From Octopus sinensis (Eukaryota): a stretch of 64,000 nucleotides of DNA. Location of the stretch: NCBI RefSeq assembly GCF_006345805.1, contig NC_042998.1:78988001-79052000 (forward strand), in the 5' to 3' direction. Positions 28,254-39,104 of this stretch are shown in pieces (within the stretch, counting starts at the first letter, position 1; each line of letters begins with the position of its first letter). The translations under genes were made by a program, and so were the position numbers. The notes under the pieces were generated by a model, which was not told the origin of the DNA, ran no database searches, and worked only from the letters and a program-made list of their open reading frames with translations.

Positions 28254-28503
28254 AGGCACTGGAGTGGCTGTGTGGTAAGTAGGTTGCTTACCAACCACAT
28301 GGTTCCAGGTTCAGTCCCATTGCATGGCACCTTGGGCAAGTGTCCTCTACTATAGCCTCAGGCTGATCAAAGCTTTGTGAGTGGATTTCGTAGACAGAAA
28401 CTGAAAGAAGCCCATCGCATGAATAAGTCCTGGGGTCAATTTGCTCAACTAAAGGCGGTGCTCCAGCATGGCCACCATCAAATGACTGAAACAAATAAAA
28501 GAA
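28254..28503 (+). mobile_element. tRNA-derived SINE family A copy (internally deleted)
   Basis: GAGTGGCTGTGTGGTAAG...GGTTCAGTCCC...GGCACCTTGGGCAAGTG...AAATGACTGAAACAA. Confidence 0.85.
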
Positions 28504-28596
28504 CATATATATATATAATAATACTAATAAATTGAGGGAATATTATTTCAAACTTACAGGGAAAAATTCAATTTAGAAAAACTAAATCAAATTTCA

Positions 28597-28646
<50 letters not shown>

Positions 28647-28784
28647 CGGAGATGTACTCACATAGCAAGTAATTTGATCTGAGATCGTGTGCTGAAACGA
28701 AAACAATTGCAGCGTGGAAGGTGTTTATAAGCCATTTAAGAAACACACAAAAGCCGTTCGATTCACTTCAACATTTAAGTTTAA

Positions 28785-28834
28785 TTTGTCAAAATATTTT
28801 CGTCGCTAAAATCCGCGACCTGTTCACTGACAAA
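28785..28834 (-). ncRNA. Mirror copy of the hammerhead motif in the left palindrome arm
   Basis: Exact reverse complement of 28866-28915. Confidence 0.7.
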
Positions 28835-28865
28835 AATCCGTGCTGCAGGAGATGCAGCACGGATT

Positions 28866-28915
28866 TTTGTCAGTGAACAGGTCGCGGATTTTAGCGACGA
28901 AAATATTTTGACAAA
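28866..28915 (+). ncRNA. Minimal type I hammerhead ribozyme motif, G3-C8 core variant
   Basis: Stem I UUUGUCA/UGACAAA; core GUGAACA (28873-28879); one extra G; stem II GUCGC-GGAUUUUA-GCGAC; GAAA (28899-28902); palindromic AUAU; UU. Predicted cleavage after 28908. Confidence 0.72.
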
Positions 28916-29016
28916 TTAAACTTAAATGTTGAAGTGAATCGAACGGCTTTTGTGTGTTTCTTAAATGGCTTATAAACACCTTCCACGCTGCAATTGTTAT
29001 ATATATATATATATAT

Positions 29017-29350
29017 AAATTAGAAAAAAAACACCTTTTATCAATTTAAAATGAAAAATTAAATTATACTATCTAGAAAATTACATATAATAGAAATATT
29101 AAATATAAGATAAAAAATAATATACCGATGATTAAGTAATGTGCAAAATAATAAATAAAATGTATGTATTTGGTAGAATAACGACACGTGTTTTGTGGCT
29201 ATATACGTTTATTTATTATTTTGCACATTACTTAATCATCGGTATATTATTTTTTATCTTATATTTAATATTTCTATTATATGTAATTTTCTAGATGGTA
29301 TAATTAAATTTTTCATTTTGAATTGATAAAAGGTGGTTTTTTTCTAATTT
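29017..29350. repeat. AT-rich near-perfect inverted repeat (~145-bp arms, ~37-nt spacer) between (TA)n tracts
   Basis: 29017-29165 pairs with 29203-29350 with only a few mismatches. Confidence 0.9.
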
Positions 29351-29535
29351 ATATATATATATATATATATGTATGCACACACATGCATGTATGTATATAC
29401 ACACAAATACATATATACATATCCATTTTACCATGCTAGTGTGGGTTTGAAAACTGCATATTATTGATATATTCTTTTACAACAAAACTGAACTAAAAAT
29501 CATGTGTATCTATCTTCTATCTATCTGTCTCTCTC

Positions 29536-29579
<44 letters not shown>

Positions 29580-29597
29580 TAGATATATATATATATA

Positions 29598-30458
29598 CGT
29601 GGTCTGATCAATAAGTATCCAGACTGTTGCCATAATAATGAAGCTAAATCACACAGGGTGAAGCCGCTTGGCACAGATTGATCTTGAACACTGCTGTGCA
29701 TGCACACTAAGTTTTAACATTCTAGCTCACTTCTGCTGTTTACAGCAGTGCTTGGAAGGAAGGTATGTAGCGTGTGATTGTTGCATTGACCATGACAGAG
29801 AAAGTTGAACAGAGAATCTACATCAAATTTTGTCAAAAGCTCAGTGATACCTGCTCAGAGGCCTACGCAGAGTTTCCAAAAAGTTTTCATTGTTCTCAAC
29901 ACAATCACGGAGATCTTGTGCAACTGAAAGCAGTTCTGGCACAAACTTGGTAGACACGCGTCTCATGCCCAAATTTTCAGTGATAATGGACTAAACTGAA
30001 CTGTAACTAATCTGCACATCCTTTGATAATTCATGGATGGTGATTCGACAGTTTTCCCACAGTTTCACACGTATCTGTGATGTTTTACTTAGTTCCGCTG
30101 GCTGTGGGTCTCCCAGAGCAGTCATCAAAATTGACATTTTTTTGGCCATCTTGAAAATGTCTGAACCACTTGTACACTTGTGTGTGACTTATACAACTCC
30201 TCTCCATACACTTTCTGCAACTTTTCGTAGGCTTCTGAGCAGGTATCACCATGACAACTTTCTCTGTTATGGGTCAATGCAACGATCACATGCTACACAC
30301 CTTCCTTCCAAGTACTGCTATAAACAGCGGAAGTGAGCTAGAATGTTAAAACTTCGTGCACAAACACAACAGAATTCAAATCAATCTGTGCCAAGAAGCT
30401 TCACTCTGTGCTTTAGGTTCATTACTATGGCTACAGATACTTCTTAATCAGACCCTCG
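29598..30458. mobile_element. Non-autonomous mariner derivative built from two inverted 5' ends, copy 1
   Basis: TA TSDs; termini CGTGGTCTGATCAATAAGTATC and (reverse complement) CGAGGGTCTGATTAAGAAGTATC; ~280-bp inverted arms. Plus strand MTEKVEQRIYIKFCQKLSDTCSEAY; minus strand VYKWFRHFQDG...SGRP...ENLGMRRVSTKFVP (mariner N-terminal domain). Confidence 0.85.
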
Positions 30459-30755
30459 TATATATGTGTGAGTGTGTGTGTCTGCATGTACACATATGCA
30501 TTATATATGCTCACACACATATATGCATACACACATGAATCCCCCCCCACATATATATATATATATATATAATATATATATATATATATGTATGCACACA
30601 CATGCATGTATGTATATACACACAAATACATATATACATATCCATTTTACCATGCTAGTGTGGGTTTGAAAACTGCATATTATTGATATATTCTTTTACA
30701 ACAAAACTGAACTAAAAATCATGTGTATCTATCTTTCTATCTATCTGTCTCTCTC

Positions 30756-30799
<44 letters not shown>

Positions 30800-30817
30800 T
30801 AGATATATATATATATA

Positions 30818-31678
30818 CGTGGTCTGATCAATAAGTATCCAGACTGTTGCCATAATAATGAAGCTAAATCACACAGGGTGAAGCCGCTTGGCACAGATTG
30901 ATCTTGAACACTGCTGTGCATGCACACTAAGTTTTAACATTCTAGCTCACTTCTGCTGTTTACAGCAGTGCTTGGAAGGAAGGTATGTAGCGTGTGATTG
31001 TTGCATTGACCATGACAGAGAAAGTTGAACAGAGAATCTACATCAAATTTTGTCAAAAGCTCAGTGATACCTGCTCAGAGGCCTACGCAGAGTTTCCAAA
31101 AAGTTTTCATTGTTCTCAACACAATCACGGAGATCTTGTGCAACTGAAAGCAGTTCTGGCACAAACTTGGTAGACACGCGTCTCATGCCCAAATTTTCAG
31201 TGATAATGGACTAAACTGAACTGTAACTAATCTGCACATCCTTTGATAATTCATGGATGGTGATTCGACAGTTTTCCCACAGTTTCACACGTATCTGTGA
31301 TGTTTTACTTAGTTCCGCTGGCTGTGGGTCTCCCAGAGCAGTCATCAAAATTGACATTTTTTTGGCCATCTTGAAAATGTCTGAACCACTTGTACACTTG
31401 TGTGTGACTTATACAACTCCTCTCCATACACTTTCTGCAACTTTTCGTAGGCTTCTGAGCAGGTATCACCATGACAACTTTCTCTGTTATGGGTCAATGC
31501 AACGATCACATGCTACACACCTTCCTTCCAAGTACTGCTATAAACAGCGGAAGTGAGCTAGAATGTTAAAACTTCGTGCACAAACACAACAGAATTCAAA
31601 TCAATCTGTGCCAAGAAGCTTCACTCTGTGCTTTAGGTTCATTACTATGGCTACAGATACTTCTTAATCAGACCCTCG
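30818..31678. mobile_element. Non-autonomous mariner derivative, copy 2 (within tandem duplication)
   Basis: Matches 29598-30458 at offset 1220. Confidence 0.85.
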
Positions 31679-31780
31679 TATATATGTGTGAGTGTGTGTG
31701 TCTGCATGTACACATATGCATTATATATGCTCACACACATATATGCATACACACATGAATCCCCCCCCACATATATATAT

Positions 31781-31818
<38 letters not shown>

Positions 31819-32231
31819 ATGCTCACTTGGAAACTAGCACCTCTAGTTATCTAAGTGAAACACAGTGAGATTTAAACCTAAAACCATATAGTTGCAAAAT
31901 GAACTTCTTAAACTCATAGCCATACCCATCACTATTACACACACACACATGCACACATACATACATATATACATACATATTCATATATGTATACATACAT
32001 ATACACACGTGTGTGTGAGCATGTATACATACATAATATATTTGCCTAGAAAATTTAAATATTCTATCGTTAGGATATTGGATTCTATATGTCCACACAT
32101 AATTGCTATCTCGGTTGCTATCATTGTTTTTTTAAAAAATATAGAAGAAGACTAACTTTAACAATACACTTTTACATATAGTTATATGTATTCATTCATT
32201 CATTTATTCATGTTTATATATACATATACAG

Positions 32232-32270
<39 letters not shown>

Positions 32271-32271
32271 T

Positions 32272-32311
<40 letters not shown>

Positions 32312-32566
32312 TATTGTTAAAGTTGGCCTCTTTTTCTTGCCCATTTTCTCCTTATAGTCTGATCAGTCTATGCTTTTACAATGGTCGGACGATTCATGTG
32401 AACCTGACAGCAGTACATCAACTGTGAGTATTTACTTGCCAACTAGCACACAATTAATGTGTCTTAGTGGGAAAGTTTCCTCCCTTATCAGTCTATCCAT
32501 ATACATACCTTTTACATAGCCATATCTTTGTTAGTAAATATATATATAATTCATTTGATATCTCAG

Positions 32567-32605
<39 letters not shown>

Positions 32606-33499
32606 AACTACGATGATGAAACATTATACACACATACAATTATCATCATGATTATCATCTTTTTACATTCGCTTCCTATACTAACATGAGTTGGATAGTT
32701 TGTTAGGAATTCAGTCAGAGACAGGATTGTGTCATACACCAATGCCTCAGCATCAACTCAGATCTCTTTACAGAGTATACTGGGTGTATTTTGCATGGCT
32801 ACACTACTATAAGAGTTTGTCAACTCCTAGCAAGACTAAAAATTCTCTTAACCTATCATAATCTCTACTCAATTTGCTAATGAATTTTCAGAGCTTACTG
32901 GGGTGCTTTTTAATTTTATAGCCTCAGCACTAATGAGATCGTCTTGATATGTGTAAAATTAGAGGGCCCTCAAAGTAGAGAGTGATTGATGATTTTAGAT
33001 GAAGTGCTGAGAGAAGTTTTAGTGCGATGAGAGGAAGAGATTTATTGTGTGTGGTAGTGGAGAGAGAAGCAGAATAGACACTTTTGGAAGTGAAATATGG
33101 AAGGGACAGAAGGAAAAGTAGCGTCACAAATTAGAGAGAGAGAGAGAGAGAGTAGGAGGATCTGAGTAATAAGAATGGTGGACGGATTGAGTAGTGATGG
33201 TCCAATTTCATCTTACATTATGAAACTGAAAATGGGAAGATGATGATATGAAAGACATGAGGATGATAAGAATCCATAGATGTTGTGGGAGGAGGGTCAT
33301 TGAAGCGATGTAGGGGTTGTGGGGATGGGCCAGGGAATGAGAATTGACAAGTTGTAATGAAAGAGCATTGAGAATAGGAGGTGGGTGGGGATCAGTGGTT
33401 AAATGCTGTGATAGCACCCCAGTCACCAATGCCTTCCTCTTTAGTATTCTCTCTGCCACATTTTCGCAAACAAGCAGGTTTTCTCTAGAACAACACATC

Positions 33500-33800
33500 A
33501 TCACTTCCTGAGATCTTGTTACCTTTTGTGACAATCAGTATTTCAAGATTAATTTTCACTTCATCCCATGTCTTCCTAGGTTTTCCTCTTCCATTGTCAT
33601 CATCTAATTGAGAATTCTTTGCACTTCTTTATGCAACTATTGTCAGCAGTATGCTTCACATGCCCGTGCCTGTACCAATGCAATTCTCACTTCCGCAAAC
33701 TGTATATTATTCCTTTCACTTACAGCTTTTCTCTCATGTCATTTGCATACCATCATTCATGCACACTGACATTACATAACCAGTAAAACATACCTCATTT
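33500..33800 (-). mobile_element. RTE-type LINE 3' fragment
   Basis: Minus strand GRGKPRKTWDE near 33560-33592, typical of RTE ORF2 C-termini. Confidence 0.6.
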
Positions 33801-36800
33801 CCTTCACATATATATAAAAAGTAAATATATATATATATATATATATATTTACTTTTTTGAATATTTTTTTATAAGTAGGATGTCTAGTAACAAAATTTAT
33901 ATTTTTCAGCAATTTAGTTAATGTAAGGATGGTGTATTATTTTTCTTTTACTAAATGACTATTCAGTTGAGCTTCAGTTTATGCCTTTACCACCATCAGT
34001 GTTGTGAGATTGGTTTTAGTTTGTAGAAGACAAACAAATATTAAAGATTGATTTTTGTATTCATATTAGGTTAGTGTAATGGTTTCTTAGATGGTTGTAT
34101 GATAAAACTAAGTGAATTAGATGAATCTACGCAGAATGTATAATTTTAGTTTAATGATTTATTCAGAGAGCAGAGATGGGAAAGATCAGAAGAAACCACA
34201 TCCTCTGTCTGAATGCTTGCAACAGAATGAACTGTTAGAGATCTAATACTAGGTATTAGAATAGGTACAATCCACATTGTTTCCATTTGTCCACTTGTTC
34301 AAGATACCATGCATATCAGTTCAAATCTAGAACCACATATTTGTGAAGGGAACTTCTTAATTTCACAGCCAGCACAGAGTGAGGAATGTATACATATACA
34401 GTTTGAATTAATCACATGGTATAATAAAACATGGTTTAAAGATGAGCAATTTGATTCTAAAAGTAACATTCTAATATGATCTTCAGAATAACTACTTAAA
34501 AAATTTATAGTTGGATCAGTTACATTTTCAATCTTAATTGGAAATTCAGTACATGCTTATACGATACATTGATGTTTATCACTGGAAGCAATAGGTTAAG
34601 ATCATTCTTTATTGTTGTTGACCCTAGGTCAGTCTTGATTGGGTATCCCCATAACTATAGCCAATCTAAACATGACCACTCCAAATTTTTCTTCAGACAT
34701 AGTATACCCTAAACTACCTAGTGTGTCCTTTTTATTTTGAGACAACAGGAAGTAATTTGAGGGTTAGTTGGCATCTATTTCTGGCAGATCTAGCATCCAC
34801 ATGTAAGTTCCGTTGCTGACTTGAGATTATCATTCTTTCTCTGATTTCCTGAAGGTATTTATCTGTATACTATTACATTTCTGTTTGATCAGTTTAATGA
34901 TTAAATTAGGTTTACAGCTGAGGTTTGAGAGATGCTGGAGTTAGATTACTATTAGGTTTCATAGCAAATTAAGGTGGTAATATTGAATTATTAATAATTT
35001 CTAACATAAGCATTAAACCACAAGATTTGTATGAAGAGCATAATTAATTAGATAAACAGTACTTGAGTTTTGTATTTCTAGAGTTATTGACCCCTAGAAA
35101 GATGACTGGCAAAATTGATAGTGGCAAGATTTGAAGAGAGACCTAAATGCCCCTCAAAAATTATGTCTCTTTAAAAAGGATTTGATGACACAGCAAAGCA
35201 TGTTATGAGATGAAGCTTACTTTGAAAGTATGCAGCTACACATGCATACATAATATTTTGAATGTTTCCTGAAAAGAACACTTCAACAAAGAAAGATTAT
35301 ATGACAAACTTCCTAAGATTTTAGATGCCATGAGAGAAAGATGAGTTAGTTTTGTTGGACATTGTTGGAGAAGGAAGGAAGAGCTGGTTAGTGACAACCC
35401 CACTTTGAACACTTTGCAAAGACATAGATTGATTAGTTAATAGATAACAATGACTGTTGCGAAAAAGAACTATTATATGCCATGGAAGAATTGAGATGGC
35501 TGGAGGATCAGGGTCATGTAAGTTCAAGCAAACTCGATCCAAGAATGGTGTTACCTTTATCTAACCATGTATGTTAGTGTTTGTACAAATGTACAGTATT
35601 TCTCCATCATTATCTCCTCTCCTCTGCTTACAGTTTTTCACATCTGCTGCTATTTTATTTTCCCTTTCAAACTGATTATTTCTCCTCTCCACTAATATTT
35701 GCTTCTTCTATCTCTTCCTTTCCTCCTCTCTTTCTTACTAATCCTAATTGATCCTTGAAAACTAGTTGATATTTAAATTTCCTCTCTGGCAATGGGTTCT
35801 ACTCAAGACATTAGACTGTTTTTTTTCCACACAACATAAAATTTATTCCACTTCTTGATCATCTAAAGCTCAATGTTTCAACAAGAAATATGGATGGGGA
35901 GGGAGCCAGTTACTATTTGTTACTATTCCAAATGTCTGCTATAGAATAAACTTTGGTAAATGCACCCAATAACCATATGGTGATGTGGTGATGTCAATCC
36001 AAAGCAGTTTGTTAGGTCTGGAAAGCAGACACCCAGGGATAAGGGAATGCTGGCTAAGTTCACTTTGCCTGTCTCCTCCACTTTGTGGTGGCCATCAGAC
36101 TGTAATAGGCACAATAGTGGAAAGAGTGAATCATGGCAAGCAATGATACATTGCTTACTGTATGATTAACCTACATCATGTTTGAACATGCAGTGCGGAC
36201 TTCAACTCAATAAAGTCACGATATATCAGGAACAATAAACCACTGGACTGCACCTTGTCCTTCAATCCATGGTCAATCTCAGATTACTCAACTACAATAG
36301 TTGCTTTCCACTTTATTTGCTTTAACTGTTGCTCCTCAACTAGGAACTTTAGCAATCTCTCTCCCTATCTAAATATTTAATTTTTAGAACAGATGCAAAC
36401 TTGCACTAGCACGACGAGAATGTATGCAGATTAGCTCACTTGCCTTGTCCAACAGGTTTATGTATAAACTTTCTTAATACTACCTAAACCTTGACAGCTT
36501 AAGATTCATAATGCCATGGAGATGGTAAATAAATTTTTCCTAGGATACAAAGTCCATCTATTGCAGATTGGTCCCAAATGATCTGGTGTGCATCCCTTGC
36601 AGCTGTGTGAACTGAATCAATGAAAAACGTTCCCCCCCCCAAAAAAAAAACAAAATGAATATACACTGAACAAATTATGCACACACACATATTTGTTCAA
36701 TGAATATACACACAGACAAGGCTGTTGAGTGGACAAATGACTGAAAAAGCTACAAAACACTCTGATCCTCAAGTCAGTGTCAGCTTCTGGCTTTCTGATA

Positions 36801-37668
36801 CAAGAAGAGTGCATGTGATTTGTTGAGAAAGATTGTGATAAAAAAATGTTATGGATCAATATGTTCAAAGAAAAAGGTTTTAGCATCTAGAGGATGAAGA
36901 TATTGGGCTACAATTTCAACAATTTTAAGAAATTTTTCACTTGAATTATTTGTGCATGTAAAAGGCAAGGATATAATGACTGAACTAATTGTCTCTATGA
37001 TGTGGCATATAGCTGATTTGATTTGAGAAATTAATTCTCTAAAGTGATTTATTGTTTATGCTTTTCGCTTGACCATAGAGATAGGGTCAGTAAAAATTCA
37101 GTGGTGGCTTGGGTCATTTTTAAGTCTTTGTTTCTTCACTTGTTAACTGTCAATAGTTGATTAAGAGGATTTTTGAGAAATAGTTTCTGTTTGTAAGGGT
37201 TCTTTGTAATTTAGAACTGTACATTAAGAATTTTATTGATTTTTTACAATTTATTTTCTTTGTTATTAAAAAAGCTATATTGCTTTACATGTGTGTATGC
37301 ACATGTGCATGCATCCATGTGCACACACAGACACACACAATTTAGTTTTCAGACCATATATCAAACATCTAACATTAAGATAGGTGGGTGGCTGGGTGGG
37401 AAAATAGAGAAGGGAGACTGTAAGTCTCTAAGAGATTAATAAAGTTTTATTTAGAACTTGAAAATAACGCTTGAAAATATTTTTACTTAGAATAGACAGA
37501 ATGCTTAGACACATACTTATTAAAATAATATATTCTAAAATTGAGAAGGGTGTTTGTAAGTTTTTAAGATGTTAATGAAAATCTTACATAGAACTAAAAA
37601 ATAAAGCTTGAAAATTTTAAATTTTGACAATACAACATGTAGATACTTAAATACTACCAGAATATAGA

Positions 37669-37728
<60 letters not shown>

Positions 37729-38597
37729 TATAAATATATATATTTCTGTATGTGTGAATGTATAAGTGTGTGTGCATATAGTCACAAATTTATGTATATC
37801 AATATCTTATCATCATCATTTAAACATTCACATTTCCATCCTTGGATGGGGTCAGACTGAATTTTTTGAGGCAGATGCAATTCACCGAGGCCAACCCTTA
37901 CTCATTTCCAAGCAATATTTCATGAAAGACTGGAAACAAACGATGCTGCATGTGTGATAGTGACACCACTCATTTATAATTATCCCATGATGTCACCACA
38001 AGGAGAGATGCGCACACACATATATATATATGATGGCTTTCTTTCAGTCTCTGTCTATCAAATCCACATAGAAGATTTTAGTTGGCTCAGGGCTATAGTA
38101 GAAAAGACTTGTCCAAATTGCTATGTAGTTGACTGAACATGAAACCATTCTGGTTGAGAAGAGAATTTTTTAACCACACAGCCATGCTCTGCCTTAGCTG
38201 GTTCCTGATACTTTTTTACCCTGATACCACTTACTCCTCTTGCTGCCCAGAGCCATTTTGCTGTAATCTATCTTTCATTTTTAAGACTTCTCCACCCACA
38301 TTTTACATTGATCACCCTCCTGAGCTGCCATATCTTTCACCATATGTCTCCCTTCTCCTGATCTTCCTTTTGCCCTCTTCTCTCTCATTTTAACCCCACA
38401 TCCCACATCATGAAACCACCTCCTACACTATTGTACACCAACTCAGATCTTAGTTTTACAGGCTGCATGGTTACTGCTCCACAGCCAATGAATCTGTTAA
38501 ATCTTGTCAAGACTATTCAACCTATGAAGCATGGAATAGACATTAAATGTTGACAATGATGATGAGATATATATATGTGTATGTGTGTGTGTATATA

Positions 38598-38974
38598 CAC
38601 TTGCGTCAGAAATTAATTAGCACTTCTCAAATTTCTACATTAAATAGGTTAAATCAATTAACCTATGAGCTGTTCAAAACGTCTTACGCGATGAGAAAAC
38701 TTAGTATGGTGTGATTTCGGTCCTTGCGAGGCGCTACCTATATCTATTAAACAAAGGAAGATTTGTCTGCATCCGCACTCCAAGTTGTTGCACTGCTATG
38801 TCAACATCATAAGGCTGTAGACTCTCAAACTGCTCTGCAAACAAAGTTACGTCATCGTTCTGCGCAACAGTGAACTCGCAACAAAGCAATAGTTCGAGAT
38901 ATGGCCACTAGGTGACAGCACATACCTTGAGTGAAGAGCAAATCAAGGGTGCTAATTAATTTCTGACGGTAGTG
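38598..38974. mobile_element. Tc1/mariner-type MITE (377 bp)
   Basis: TIRs CACTTGCGTCAGAAATTAATTAGCAC / GTGCTAATTAATTTCTGACGGTAGTG with TA flanks; CpG-rich interior suggests a young insertion. Confidence 0.88.
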
Positions 38975-38977
38975 TAT

Positions 38978-39027
<50 letters not shown>

Positions 39028-39104
39028 GTGTATACACACACACACGTATATAAATAAATGCATATACATATATACCATATATATTCGGCTATAAGTCACA
39101 CTTT

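Larger units (their letters stand above)
28702..28998. repeat. Perfect palindrome (146-bp arms, 5-nt loop), probably Penelope-like element derived
   Basis: 28702-28847 is the exact reverse complement of 28853-28998, loop GGAGA. The insert is flanked by (TA)n tracts. Confidence 0.95.
29371..31810. repeat. Tandem duplication, unit ~1220 bp, junctions in (TA)n
   Basis: 29371-30589 is repeated at 30590-31810; the ORF track shows identical ORFs at 30037/31257 and 30356/31576. Confidence 0.95.

Noticed and set aside
30037-30336. 99-aa ORF present twice (30037, 31257)
   Set aside because: Antisense to the decayed mariner transposase; repeated only because of the tandem duplication.
33813-33857. 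Small palindrome AAAAAGTAAA-(TA)n-TTTACTTTTT
   Set aside because: Mostly self-complementary TA repeat with 10-bp flanks; too short to interpret.
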